From Mobula birostris (lineage: Eukaryota), in NCBI RefSeq assembly GCF_030028105.1, contig NC_092381.1:65250505-65314504 (forward strand): DNA of 64,000 nt, in the 5' to 3' direction. How positions within the stretch are numbered: the first letter of the stretch is position 1; every line of letters starts with the position of its first letter. A program made the translations under genes and the position numbers. The notes under the pieces were generated by a model. It was not told the DNA's origin. It ran no database searches and saw only the letters and a list, made by a program, of their open reading frames with translations. This document shows, piece by piece, positions 24,621 through 39,289 of the stretch.

Positions 24621-25439
24621 AAAAAGGAACTATCATTACTTGCATGCTTTAGCACTTGGACAGAACGTATTGCATTATTTTCTGGGTGGGTTTATGCTCT
24701 ACAGGCCCCTGGTAATTGATTGCCACAACCATTAATCATTTTATATACTTTAATGCACTGGAATAATTCAAAATAGGGAAGTCTACACGGTCCCACAGTG
24801 TGCAGTTCATTATTCATATTCCCTGACATGGCAGCAAGCCACTTATTTGTATAAACAGGACCTTTGCCGTATTCTCTGTGATCAACAAAAAATGGAAAAT
24901 ATTGAGTGAATGAATTTTTTTTTAAACTAGAGAGATGAGTAAAAATCAAAAATGCTGAAAACACTTAGCAAGTCAGGCAGCAAAGCTGGAAACAGAAACA
25001 GTAACCTTGCAGGTGGAAGATCCATCAGAACATCTTTGTTCTGAAATGTGAACAGGCCTTTTCCTCCCCACAGATGCTGCCTGAAACAGTGAGTGGAATC
25101 TTGGTGACTAGAAAGAAAAGCATGGAAAGCAACTTAAATGCTGCTTACGAGAGAACATTGAGGAACGTAGAATAAGTTTGCCCTCTTGTGATTACTAATA
25201 AGCATAACAAGCATTTAATACATGCCATACTTTTATGAATATAAGAATTAGAGATTGACCAAAATAAGGTGGTAACCAGGATTAATGGATTTTCCTAGCA
25301 ATGAAGCTCCTCCCATTGTAACCAATCAGTATAAGCTTGCCATTCCTTTCTTCCTTCACTAGCTCATCAGGGCCTCACTTGTAGCTAAAGAAAGCAGAAT
25401 GATCTTAGTCAAGGCCCTAACAATCTAATTTCTTGCTGT

Positions 25440-27370
25440 TTTGAATAACTTGGAGTATATCCCAAAAGGCCCTGGAGACTTATCCTGCTTGGTATTCTTA
25501 ACCAAACTTAACCATGCCCCATACTATCTCATTTTCCTCCATATCCTTCTCCTTGGTAAATACTGATGCAAATTACTTATTTAGGATCTCTGCCTCCAAG
25601 CACATGTTCCCTCCTTTAATCTTCAATAGTCCAAACCCCTTGCTAGTTAAGCTTTTACCTTTGACGTATGCATAGAATACCTTGGGGTCTTCTTCAACCC
25701 TACTTACCAAGGGCTTTTCATGTTCCTCCTACCAGCTGTTCTATTTGTCTTCATGAGTTCTAGCTTTATAATCCTCGAGGGCTCCATTTGATTTTTTTTT
25801 TAGCTTCCTAACCTAATGTACGCTCCTTTTCTTGTCATCCTTGTCCTCCTGAAAGGTATCCATCCCCCTGTACTTTGTACAGTTGATCTTTAAAAACCCT
25901 CCATGCCAGATGTGGACTTGCCCAAAAACAGCTTTATAAAATTCACTATTTCCTAACAACTGAGGTGTAGCTCAAATATGCATGCATAGCCCACTGCTCT
26001 ACTCTCTTGACTGTGTGGCTCATCATAGCTCAAATGACATCTATAAATTTGCAGGTGACACAATTGTAAGAGCTCAGATGGTGGTGAGGAGGCATGCAGG
26101 AATAAGATAGATTTGCTGGTTGAGTAGTGTCACAACAACAACCTCATATTCAACATGAGCAAAACTAAGGAATTGATTGTGGCCTTCATTAAAGGGGAGA
26201 TTAGGAGAACTCACACCAGTTCTCATTGAGGGGTCAGTTGTGCAAAGGGTGAGCATCTTCAAGTTCCTGGGTGTGGACATCTCAGCGAATCTATCCTGGG
26301 CCAAACACAGATTCAACAATAAAGGAAGTTCCCCAAAAACTAATTTGTTAGGAATTTGGGGAGATTTGGTATGCAGTCAAAGACTTGCAAGTTTTTATGG
26401 ATTTATGGTGGAGAACATTCTAACCGATTGATTCCCAGACTGCTATTGAAGGCACTGGATTGTTTCCCAGATTTATGATGGAGAACATTCTAACTGGTTG
26501 TTTCCCAGACTGCTATCGAAGGCACTGGATTGCAAGGCTGCACAGTGTCATAGACCCAGCCAGCTTCAACGTGCTCACAACTTCCCTGTCTTCGAGGACA
26601 TCTTTAAGAAGTGATGCCTCAAGAAGATGTCATCCATTACTAAGGGCTCTCACCATCTGAAAGATGCCTTGTTACTACTAACAGGGAGGAGCTACAGCAG
26701 CTCAAAGACCCATACTCAATGATTCAGAAACAGCGGCTTCACCTCTGCTATCAAATTTCTGACAAGTCCATGAACCCTACTCATTTCTTCTTTCTGTGGT
26801 ATTCATTTTGTAACTGAGGCTAAATTCATGTCTTTGCACTATAGTACTGATGCAAAACAACAACTTTATATATAAGACAGTGATAATAAATCTGTTTCCA
26901 AATTTCTCCTGTTCCAATTTCATATTCTTCCACAATGTCCTTACTCACATTTAAAGAAGTTATGGTCACTGTTCTCTTTTCTCAAACTGAAAGCAAGTCA
27001 CCTTGGCCAGGTTAATTTCCCAACAGCAAGTCCAATATGGCTCCTCCACTACATATTGATTTAAAAACATTCCTGGATGCACCTGACAAGTTCTGCTGCA
27101 TCTAAACCTCTTGAAATGTGGTCTGAGTCTATATTAGAGACGCTGAAGTCGCTCACTGCAATAGCCATGTTTTTGCATTTTTCCTAACCTTTCTGCATTT
27201 CCATTCATCCATGTCCCAGAGTCATTTGTGAGTCTGCAGTATACTCATACTCCCATCAACATGATGGAACCTTTCTTATTCTTCAGTTCTATCTGTGTGC
27301 ACAGTGAGTGATGTCCCCTCTGCATGCAGCTTGTGATATTGTCCCTGATTAATAATACAACCCCTTACAC
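25440..27370. mobile_element. Old minus-strand CR1 remnant interrupted by a plus-strand Rex-type fragment (about 25985-26895)
   Basis: KFAGDT and FKFLGV-like RT motifs; duplication of about 62 bp within 26401-26532. Confidence 0.6.
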
Positions 27371-28345
27371 ACACACACACACACTCACTCACTCTCCCTC
27401 TCTACCTTTTCCAAATCATTAAAGCTCTCAAATATTTAGGTACTATGTAAATGTATTTTCACTTAATACCCATTACACCACCAGGTGCAAGCACAATCTT
27501 GCACAATTAGGACTGAATACTTAATGCTATTAGACCAACAGGGGATAAGCTGGAAAATCATTTGTGACATCAGGAGCATCATATAGGTCAGTCTATCCAG
27601 TTATCCTGGTATTAGGTTAAATGCGCTTATTCTTGTCATCTTTACTGCTGGCAAGATGTGGGCCAGTGCAAACTTATTTCTAGATGTTAAGTCTTATTAA
27701 GCTCCAAAACTTCCACTCAATTTGTTGAATATCAACATCATCTGGTCCTCATGCCATCCACAGTACTGGTGTCTTTATGCTGTGTGGTTGTGTTGCAAAA
27801 TGGGTTAACCCTATGTATCCAGTGCCCAGAGAGTTCACAGTTGACCAGATCATCAAGGGATTCACTTGCATTATTGTTGCCAGTCTAGTAAAGAGCTGTG
27901 CAACTACTTTGGTGCACAAACTGATTTAACACAATCACTGAAATTATTTTCTTCTCAATCTCAGTACAAGAGGCAGTCAGTCAAATAACTCTGCTTGAAA
28001 GTACATTCAGTCAGTCTGTCCTTTAACATTAGCCTGGTAATGGTTAGCAAATATGTGGAGATTATTAGAGATTGTTCATACATAGATTACTTTAAACTCC
28101 AATGATAACTGAGACTAACTATCACTTCATTTCAAAAGGCCTAGATTTGCAAATGAGCACAATTAAAGAAGGCAAGGAAAGGAACAGAGTAGGTCCATCT
28201 GAATGGCCAATAATGTCAGCAGTCTGCAGCTGTGAAACCTTATTAGCAAATCTCTGCATGACAATTTAGACATAAAGTTCATTGATAGATGAACTGACTG
28301 CATTAAAGGCATAGTCGCTATTGAACATTTAACATAAAATCATAA

Positions 28346-28557
28346 TTTTATGTCTACGAAGGTTCTCAGTCATTCAGGTCATCGTATATCAAGCAGTAGT
28401 AAGTCAAGGTAACTGGACTTGCTGTGGTGTCTAGAAGATGTTTCACCACTGATCCGAGAGGCTTCTTCAGTCTGATCCATGGTGGGTAGCTTTCCGGTTT
28501 ATAAACTGTACAGGTTTACCAGTGAGTACAGTTGCCTTGATTTACTACTGCTTGATG
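28346..28557. mobile_element. 212-bp mini element with a second-family hammerhead, probably PLE-derived
   Basis: TSD TAAAATCATAA (28335-28345, 28558-28568); 28-bp inverted repeat 28388-28415 / 28529-28556. Confidence 0.7.
28432..28474 (-). ncRNA. Hammerhead ribozyme motif, second family (longer stem II)
   Basis: Minus strand AGA-CTGAAGA-AGCCTCTCGGATCAGTGGT-GAAACATC-TTCT. Confidence 0.65.
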
Positions 28558-28769
28558 TAAAATCATAAGGTAATCTCATCATTCACATGACAACATATAG
28601 GTTGCACTACCTTTTCAATAAAAGGCACTGCCAGCAAGTGACAATTTGTTTTTAAAATAATTAGTGCATGAATATTTTGTCTTTGAACATAATTCCTGAC
28701 AAACATGTGAAATGTTCAGTGTCACAATTTGACATTTAAAATGAAAAGTGATTTTAAAGAATAACTCAG

Positions 28770-31240
28770 AAGAGTACAGCACAACAGCAGACCCTTTGGA
28801 TCACAATGTCCATGCTGAACATGATAGCAAATTAAAGTAAATCTCTTCAGCCAATGCATGATCAATCCTTCCATACTCTGCATGGACCTAAAACTTATTA
28901 AATACCACTTTCATACCTGCTTCCAGCATTGCTCCTGACAGGCCTTCCATTCTCTGTATAAAAAAATTTGCCCCACACATCTCCTTTAAAATTTTCCTCT
29001 TTAAATATATATTCGATTTCTACCCTAGGAAAAAGATGCCAACTGTCCACCGTATCAATGCCTCTCAAAATTTCATATTATCTATTATCCATCCAGCTTC
29101 TGATCCTCAGGGAAAACAAAACAAGCTTGTCTCCTTATAGTTCACATCTTCTAATCTAGGCAACATCTTGGCAAACCTCTTCTGCATCCTTTCCAAAGCC
29201 TTTGCATCCTGCATGTGATTGAACAATCAGAGCTGCACGCGATGCTCCAAAATGTGGCCTAATCAAAGTTTTATATAGCTGCATCATGACTTTCTTATTC
29301 TTATACTCAGTGCTCTGACCAGTGAAGTCAAAAATGCTGTAGGCCTTCTTTATCACCCTACCTATTGTGCGGCCACCTTCAGTGAGCTATGGACTTGAAC
29401 TCCAAGATCCCTCTGAACATCAATGCTGTTGAGGGTCTTACCCTTAACTGTATACTTTCCATAAGATATTGGAACAGATTTGGGCCTAATCAGCACAGAA
29501 ACCCTACCCTTAAGAATCCTCTCCAATGGCTTCTCTACCACTGATGTGAGCTTACTGACCTATTATTTATAGGATTATCCATATTTCTCTTCTTGAACAA
29601 GGGAACAACATTGGCCACTCTCCATTTTTTGAGACCCTCTCTGTAAGTGAGGTAATAAAGATCTTTGTCAAGTTCCCTGCAATCTTCTTTCTTGCTCCTT
29701 TTGATAACCTGGGATAAATGTCATCAGGGCCTGGGGACTTAACCACCCTGATGCCCTTCAACAGATGCAGTGACACTTCCTCCTTGATCTCAAAATGCCC
29801 TAACCTATTAGCATGCGCCATACTCCTCGCAGTATTCCTCATGTCTTTGAGAATATTTAGTACCTTATCCATGTTCTCTGACTCCAAGCATAAATTCCCC
29901 CCTTTGTCATTGAATGATCCAATCTTCTCCCTAGTTATCCTCTTATTTCTAATAAAATGCCTTGGGATTTTCCTTAATCCTACTTGCTAAAGACTTGCTA
30001 ATTTCACGATTTCTTTTGGCCCTTCTGATCCGCTGTTTAAATTCTTTCCTGCTTTCTTTTCCGCAGGGGCTCTGTCTCATTATTGCTTGTAGTCATTATT
30101 GACTATATTCTTATCCTCCCCATCATCTGTCGTTCTTCCATCCTTGCTCTGCCTCCTTGGTTTTTAAACAACTCCTTCATGTCAGATGTGGATTTGCCTG
30201 ATAACAGTTGTTCTCAAATAATATCATGTATAATAATGTTGTAATTTACGTCCCTCCCCCCCAGTTTAGTACTTTACAGGTCCAGAGTTATTGTTATTCA
30301 TAACTGTCTTAAACCTAAAGAGCTGCGATCGCAGTTCTCAAAGTGCACCTGACTGAGAGGCCTATGACCTAGCCAGGCTCAACACACAAATCAAGGTCCA
30401 GTATGGTCTCTCCTCTGGTTGGACTATCCAGGTATCATTTCAAGAAACTCTCATGAATGCACCAAAGAAAATCTACCCCATCTGAACCCCCTGCACCAAG
30501 GAAATGTCAGTCAATATTGGGGAAACTAAAGTCACTCATTACAACAATACTGTTGCTTTTATGTCTTTCCTCTGTCTGTTCGTCCATCTCCTTGTGGCTA
30601 TTGGAAGGTCTATATTATTATCCTAATGCGAGTGATTGCACCTTTCTTACTTCTGAGTTCCACCCATACTGCCTCAGCAGATGAGCCCTACACTACGTCT
30701 TCTTTGAATGCAGCTGTGACACTCTCCCCCATTAGTAACCATTTTTACCTCCCTTAGTAGCTCATCTAATGGACAAAGTCTTAAATGTAAAATTTTCACT
30801 TGGTATTTCCAATGGAGAAGGACACAGAAGTTAGTGAGTTCAGGGGAGTGAACAGTGATATCCCGGAACAGATTAACATTATGAAGCAGAGGTGGTAGAG
30901 GATTTGAAGTGCATAGGGGTGGATTAATCCCTGAGGACTGACCAAGTGTTTCCTAAGATGTGGTGGAAAGTAAGGAGGAGATTTCTGAGGCCCTGTTAGA
31001 TATTTTCCTATCTTAGTTAGTCATAGTTGAGATACTGCATGACTGCCAATGTTGTACCTTTAGTTAAGGGAGCAGGGATTACCCATAGAAGTACAGACCA
31101 GTGAACCATATATCAGTGATGGGATGTAATTGGAAGTGATTCCAAGAGACCAGATTTATTTGCACTTAGAAATCAAGAACTGTTTAAGAATGGAAAATCA
31201 TTTACTGACAATTTTGAAGAGATGACCAAGAGGACTGGCG
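28770..31240. mobile_element. Degenerate CR1 pieces (minus about 28770-30760; plus about 30790-31240)
   Basis: KSPGPDDIYPR and MMQLYKTLIRPH motifs. Confidence 0.7.
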
Positions 31241-33609
31241 ATGATTGGAGTGCCATCTGCCTTCTAAGCTTAAAATACAAACTACTTTATCGAACCTGGG
31301 ATCACATTTGAAGCCTTTAATCTTCACTCCCAATCTAGTAGCTCTGAGCTATACTATTTACCAGGACTGCACATCTTTTCAGAGATCAGAACTGAGCACA
31401 GTACTCCAAATGAGGTCTGGTTAAAAATTTGTACAATAAAGCATTATTTCTTCATTTTTGTATATCAGCCTCTTTAAGTTGGAAGTCCATACAGAATAAG
31501 AATTTTAGATTAGTACTGAGTGAGTTGTGCAAATCGCTTGTGTGGTTCTTTGACACCCTGCTGTTATCTACATAGTGTATGAAGTTTTCCGGTTCTACCA
31601 CATGTTCTAGTGGTATTTTCTCGAAAACTAAATTTGTGCCTTGTCTCTGCCTTGGTTATATCTAGAACTATGGTGTAGAGTTACTTCTCTATCTTATTCA
31701 AAAACCTTCTGTACTTCTCAGACTATAGACAAATGTTCCCTTCAGGCCATTTTTAAATACCTACAAATATTCCTTACATAATGTAGTCACATATTTTTGT
31801 CTTTTATTAGTATGTTTTAGAAAATGTATTAGTAGCAAATATCCATTCAGAACATTAAAGAAGTCAATAATTTAAAACAAGTGCTCTAAGAAATAGAAGA
31901 AAATTAGTATGGTATGTTGAGAGTATGGAAAGATGGAGAGTGAGAGTGAGCAGTGGCTACAAGCTGCGCAATTCCAGGGATTTGTGGTGTCTTTTCTCAC
32001 TAACCCACAACGTCATGCACTTAAAATTAATCAATCTGACTAAAGCAGATTGAATACTTCAAATTAGACTATACCTGTTGACAAATGCACCTGTCAGACG
32101 TGATGAAGTGTATGTAGGTTGATGGAGTGTTAATGGATTAGCTGTAACAGTAAACAATCTAATATATCTCTAGTCCCTTGGTGACGTCTGCCTTTGCACA
32201 ATTATTACATACCTTCTCTCTATTTATTATTTTATTTTGATCGCCTCAATTTGTTTCTATTTTCAACTTTTTCTCTTTCCCCTTTTGCTCTATGCTCCTC
32301 TCTGCCACATTTTCACTCTTTTTTTCTTACACTTCTCTTGCATGCTTCCTCTTCTTATCCATCTCCTTGATTCTCTCTCTTCTTTCTTCTTTTGTCAGTC
32401 TTCTCTCCTTCACATCTTTACTAATATACTTACTCTTGCATTATCTAAACTTTAACTTCCCGATAAACTCAATGGAAACACATAAGGAATACTTGAACGA
32501 TACAGTGCAAGGATAGTAAGAACTATTTTCCCGATTGGCTTTTCCCTTTTGCATCTAGTTTAGGGGTAAATATTTGTGTTTATTGTAACAGACGTTCTGA
32601 TGTAACGTCCTCACTGCAGTCATTTCCAAAATAACATTACACACCATCAACGAATAATTTTTGTGAGGGAATTATAAGCGCCGATAGACTTGACTGTTGA
32701 ATTTTCTACATAAACGTTGTACATTCAGGTGTCTTGGTGAGTGTACATTAGAGTGAAAAAAATAAAAGGAAGAAAATCCTGGAAAACTGAAGTTTTAAAA
32801 AGATAAACAGAACCAGCTTGAAAGGCTCTGACAGGTGAGTCAATGTAAGTTGAAGAGATTGGTTATGGAGCTCTGGGTGTTTGCCCCTCATCAAATTACA
32901 GTATGTCATAACCAGTTATTTTCCTTTAGTTTGTCTCCATGATGTGACAGTCCAATTGGCCGGAGGTAATAGTGAACATGACTCCACGAATAGTTTTTCA
33001 ACCCCATCACACAAACTCATGTTCTGAAAGATGTTGATTCATTTTTTTTAAAGCTCTCTTTATTTGCTTGAAAGCAGTTCTACTTGGAAATCCTTACTGG
33101 AGCAAGGTATTTTGATTTACTGTATGTTGTTGAGGTAACTAATAGGAGTGAGATGGTTTGGATAGGGGGCAAGGTATAAAAGATGCAATGTGTCAGCCCA
33201 AAATATAACTGTTTAACACAGTTGTGAGTATTTGTTCTGGGGAGATGTTCCATTTACACTCAAATAAAGAAGTTATTCATTTCACAATAAACACAACAAA
33301 TGTAATAGGAACCATCAGCTTTTCTAAAGGTGGAGAGACTGGATGAACATTATAACTTTACATAGAACACTTTTGAAAAGAAAGATGCTATTCACAAAAT
33401 GACTGAAGTGATTTCCTATCAGATTATTTATTTGCCTTTAGATTTTCTTGCGTACCTGCACTGATGGAACTCAATCTCCCAAGGTGGCTCACTGATGCTT
33501 CTCAGTCAAAGTCACGAGTCTCAGCAAGTAGCACTGCAAAAATAAGAAGCCATATTCTTGATTGATCCTTGAGCGCTGCAATCACTAACTTCTCAGACTT
33601 AGAATAGAA

Positions 33610-34145
33610 TCCTTAGGAGCTTGGAACAATTTAGTATGTCATCAGACTCCCACAAATTGCTACCAATCTACCATGGAGAGCATTCGAACTGGTAGCATCA
33701 CTGTCTGGTATGGGTGGGGGCACTGCACAGGATCAGAAAAAGCTGCCAATTCAGCCATCTCCATCATGGACACTAGCCTCTCCAGCATCAAGGGCACTTC
33801 AAAAGGCAATGCCTCAGAAAGTTGGCATCCATCTTTAAGGACCTCCATCATTCAGGACATGCCCTCTTCTCGTTACCACCATCAAGGTGGTGGTACAGGA
33901 GCCTGAGGACACACATTCAACATTTCAGGAACAGCATTTTCCCCCTCCACCATCAGATTTCTAAATTGACAATGAACCCATAAACACTGCCTTACTATTT
34001 TCTTCCTCTCTTTTTGCACTATTTACGTTGTATATACTTATTGTAATTTATAGTTTTTTTTTATGTATGGCAATGTACTGCTGCTGCAAAACAACATATT
34101 TCATGACATGTGCCAGTGATACTAAACCTATTCTGCTTCTGATCA
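33610..34145 (+). mobile_element. Rex-type LINE 3' fragment
   Basis: ESIRTGSITVWYG motif and a 3' UTR shared with the 55060-56025 and 62640-63830 copies. Confidence 0.75.
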
Positions 34146-36429
34146 TCAATCAGAGCACTAGTATCTCTGTTATAGTGTGCCACATTTGAGAGACACCTAA
34201 TATACATTCTGTTTTCACAATCAGATTTCTTAATATGAAATATTTGCCATAGTTATACATTATGGTCATGCAAAATCCTCTTCAAATTAATCTGAATATT
34301 ATCATTAATCAGTAACTTAATCTCATGTTATATATCACAGAAACTAAGTAAACTTAATTGCCATGAAATCAACATCCAAGTAATATTGGTATCAATATTT
34401 TAACTTGAGAGAGTTTTTCTATTCAATTAGCAAATGGCCGATGTATGGAAGTCTCCGTTAAGTAAGGTTTACTTTCACAGTAAAGTGCTGCAGTTACCTC
34501 AAAAAGCTGGAAGCATGATGCAAAATCATAGCTATTGTATACCTGGTGTTTAATTATTACATAAGTTTAGAAAGCAGAAAATGCAGTTTCTTAAGTTAAC
34601 AGGGTAAGAGCCTTTGGAGATCGCATCCTAATTGCAACAGAATATTCTGACCATATCTCATTATTAATTATTTTACAAGAACAGGAAAGACTTAAATGCT
34701 GAATGCCATATCCACTTATTTCCATTCTTCCTGACTCTACTTTAAAACCTTGTAGTGGCTTTGCCTTTACATAACCCTGATTTATTTTTTCACTTTATCT
34801 GCAACGTAGGATCTTAATGATTTGTCGCTATCTATCCTTTTTTTAAATTCATTTATTTGAGATCAGCACATTATGATACAACCCACATTTATTCCCCTAA
34901 TTGTCCCTGAGGTGGTGATGAGCTGCTTTTTTGAGTATTCTCATTATGCTATTGGAAATTTCCAGGATTTGAGTCCAGCCATAATAAAAGAATAACAGTA
35001 TATTGAAAAGTTAGGGTAATGCAAAATTTATGGGGTAATCTGCAGGAGATGGATTTTCCATTCACTAATTGCTTTTGCCTTCTTGATGTTAGAGGTCAGA
35101 AGGTCAAAGGTTCAAAGGTCCAATTTAATGTCAAAGAAATGTATACAATATACATCCTGAAGTGCTTTTTCTTCACAAATATCCACAAAAACAGAGGAAT
35201 GCCCCAAAGAATGAACGACAGTTAAATGTTAGAACCCCTAAGGTCCCCCCTGCCCCCGTGCATAAGCGGCAGCAAGCAACAATCCCGCCTACCCCCACCG
35301 GCAAGTTTGGGAAGTGTTATCAGTGTAATTGGGCGTGCATTTTGTAGATGGCCATATTGTAAACACTAGGTACTGTCGGAGGAAGGAACAAATGTTTAAG
35401 ATGATGAATAGGATGCCAATCAAGCAGTATGGATGTTGGCAAGCATCCTAAGGTTGAGAGACTTGTACTGATCCAGGAAAGTGGAGAGAATTCTGTTACG
35501 CTTCAGACATGATTTGAAGATAATGGAAAAGTCTGTGGTGTCAGAAGGCGAGTTAGTCACTACAAGATATCCAGTCTCTGACTAGTATTTATTTGGCTGG
35601 TTCATTTGAGTTTCTGGTCAGCAGTAACCCCAGGATGTTGATCATGAGAGAGACTCAAAGATAGTAATGTCATTAAATGCCAAACTCAATCATTAGACTC
35701 CTTGTTGGATATAGTTGTTGACTGGCACTTTTCTGATGTGAATTTTACTTGCCACATATCAGCGCTGAATGTTTAGGTCTTGCTATTTGCAGGCATTGTC
35801 CATTTCATTCACTGAGGACTTCAATGTGGCATTGAACACAGTACAATCATCATAAAACATAGCTGCTTCTGACGTTATGATAAAAGGAGGCTCACTGATG
35901 AAGTAGCTGAGGTTGATTGGTCTGGGGTGCTTTCCTGAGGGCTCCTGCAATGAGTTTTTGGGGTTGGGACGACTGGCCTTCAACAACCACAAACATCTTC
36001 CCTTCAGTATCAAATGATTTCTATCTTTGGAACATTTGTCCTTTGGGATTCCAACTGACTTTAATTTTACCAGGACTCCTAGATGACACTCTCAATCTAA
36101 TTCTTCCTTAATGTTGAGACCAGTCATTCTCACCTCATCTCACCTCTGGATGGGTCGAAACTTAAGGCATTGGTGAGCCAATTATTGAAGAGTGAGTGTC
36201 GCTTGATAGCACGAAAGATAACATTTGCCATCACTTTTAATTAAGTATGAAGTAGGTAATCAGGGTCCTGTTTCACTTGTGTTGTCTTGAATCTGGGTTT
36301 AGTAAAAACCAACACTGGTAACATGCACTTGTCTGGAAGGTGGGCCAATTGAATTAACTCAGCGATGACTAGACCTTGGTTTAAACCAAAGTGAATGCAA
36401 AACCTCCTTAATTTAAAGCAGTATCAATA

Positions 36430-39005
36430 AAACAATAAGGCCATTCAGCCCATTGAGCCTCCTTTGCAATTTGATCATGGCTGATTTATTTTTCCTCTCA
36501 ATTCCATTCTCCTGCCTTCTCCCCCTAACCTTTGACACCCTTACTAATCAAGAACCTATTAACATCTACTTGAATCAAGAACCTGTTAACCTTCTGGTCA
36601 AGATGACGTCTACATACAATGCTCCTTTGGCTGACTTCTTCTGGATAAAACCATCTTTTTCACTTCTTTTATGTCTTGTTACATTTGTTTCTGGTTTTGA
36701 ATGGGATTCTGGAACTGTTGGAGCCTGTGTTTTGCTGTTAGATTGTTTGGGTGTTTCCGTGCTCTGCAGTCTCTGAGAGGGCTCCAGGAGGTGGAGGCAG
36801 TGTGAGTGAACCTTGTGGTGAGAAGGTTGCAGGATGCCACCTGAGCCGATGTTTGACCAGATTCCACTGATTATAGCTTCCGTTGTTTGCTGATTAAAGC
36901 AAGAAAGGTGATTGAAGCATCAAGGTGAGTGCCTAAGTTTGGATATCGTTCGGGTTCCAGCACTCTGCAGTCTCTGAGAGGATTTCAGGAGACAAGTAGC
37001 ATGCAAAAACCCTGAATTGGGCAGGCCGCAGGATGGGGCATGAGGCTGATGCTTGGCTCCATTTTGCTGATTATAGCTTCCATTGTTCACCAGCTAAAAC
37101 AACAAGGGAGGTTGAAGCATTAGAGTGACTGCAGAGGGCTGCTTAACTTTCGATCAGTTGCTCCGTACCAGAGACGGGAAAGCTTGCTGCTCCACCTGGA
37201 CGTGTTGCCCAGGTTTTTACTGCGTTTTGGATGTGGACTTTGACTATAGACTCTTTTTTTCAGTCTTATCATTTTTATATGATTTTTTTTTCCTGGTTTC
37301 TTGTTTTTTTGTGTGGGGAGGGGGATTTGAGGGTCAATGTGCCTGATGTGTTTTGTTTATTTTTTTGTGTTCTAAGAGGGATTTGGGGGTCAATGTGCCT
37401 GTTACATTTTTGTTCTTTTTTTTTTGCAGGGAGCTGTGATTTGGGGGTTGGTGATCATGCATTCTTTTCTTTCTTAGTTACATGGCTACACAGAGAATTG
37501 AAGAATTTCAGAGTTATATACTTTGATAATAAATGAACCTTTGAAATATGCCCAATGACTTGGCCTCCACAACAGTCGATGGCAATGAATTCCACAGATT
37601 CACCACCCTCTAGCTAAAGAAATTCTTCCATATCTCTGTTCTAAAGGGACATGCATTCATTCTAAGGCTGCCCCTCTGATCCTAGACTCTCCCCCTATTG
37701 AAAACATCTTCTCCACACCCACTCTATCTAGGCCTTTCAATATTCAGTAGGTTTCAATGAAATAGCACCTCATTCTTCTAACCTCCAGTGAGTACAGCCA
37801 TCAAATATTGCTCATATGTTAATTCTTTCATTCCTGGCCATTCCTGAAATCCTACTTGTAAGTCTCCTCTGGACTCTCTCCAATGCCAGCAAGCAGATCC
37901 TTTCTCAGATATGTGGGCCAAAACTGCCCAGAATGCTCCAAATGCAGTCTGACCAATGCCTTATAAAGCCTCAGCAATACATTCTTGCTTTTATATTCTA
38001 GTGCTCTGGAAATGAACGCTAATATTGCATTTGTCTTCCTTACTATGACTCAACCTGCAAGTTAATCTTTAGGCAAAGTTCCCTTGCACTTCCAATTTCT
38101 GAATTTGCTCCTCATTTAGAAAATTGTCTATGCATTTATTCCTTCCACCAAAGTGAATGACTGTACACTTTCCAACATGGTATTCCATGTTCAAAGTTCA
38201 AAGTACATTTATTATCAAAACTTGTATACTTTGTACAACCTTGGAATTCATCTCCTTACAGGCAGGCACAAAACAAAGAAACCCAATTGAATCCATTAAA
38301 AGAAAAGAAGTCCATCAAACACCCAATGTGCAGAAAAGTGTAAATAATAAAGGTAAGCAAATAACATTCAGAACTGAAGTTCACGAAAGTGAGTCCACAG
38401 CCATGAAGCCGGTCATCGCTGCAGTGGATTCAGTTGCAGGCCACAGCCTCAGTTCAGTGCAGAGACATGTAAACCTCTCCGAGCAGCAAGCTGAACCAGT
38501 CCATCCCTCATCTCCAGCCCCGACACCCTGACCTTTTCAATCTGGCCCAGTGCTTAAATCATCCAAACCTTAGGTCGTTTCTTGCTCTCGGACGCAGATC
38601 CCGATACTTCGATACATTCTTGGGCCTGAACCCTGGTGTCTAGACTCTGCATTGCCTCCGTTTGCCTCCCCTTGGTTCTACTGCTTTGAATTGTCTCCAA
38701 GTGCATTCCAGAAATAGCCAAACATTAGCTTATTCCTCGCTCTCATACCCAGGCCAAACCATAAGCCACTTCTTGCTGATTCTCTTAGTCTGTCCAAGTC
38801 GTTCTGCGGACTCCCTGCTTCACTAACAACACCTGCCCCTCTACACTTCTCTTTGTATCATCTGCAAACTTGCCACAAAGCCATCAATTCTGCTATCCAG
38901 CTCATTAATATATAACGTGAAAAACAGTGGACCCAACACAACCGCTGTGGAAGATCACTAGTCGCTAGAAGCCTAACAGAAAAGGCTCTTTTTACTCCCA
39001 CTCTG
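36430..39005 (-). mobile_element. CR1 3' fragment carrying two nested non-coding insertions (about 36590-37545 and 38190-38760)
   Basis: CR1 sequence resumes after each insert; the inserts have AATAAA plus (GAACTTT)-like tails; the first has an internal duplication of about 200 bp. Confidence 0.6.
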
Positions 39006-39289
39006 CCAACGACTTTGGGGAATGAAACACTTTTGTTCACTGCTTCACTTGTGAAGTGATAGCAGATTAGTAAACATCTGAGGAAGGAGTAATAAATAAG
39101 AACTTAAATGTCAGTATTTCATGGAATTTACCCAATTAATGGTCAAGAATATGATTTTTAAAATGCATGCAATCAACCAAGTAATTAACAAAATGTTTAC
39201 ATTACTATCTAATGCAAAAGGAAGATCACGTTCTGAAAAAGGATTTGAGGGTGAACAAGTACATTGCTGTCTGTTTTCATAAAACACAG

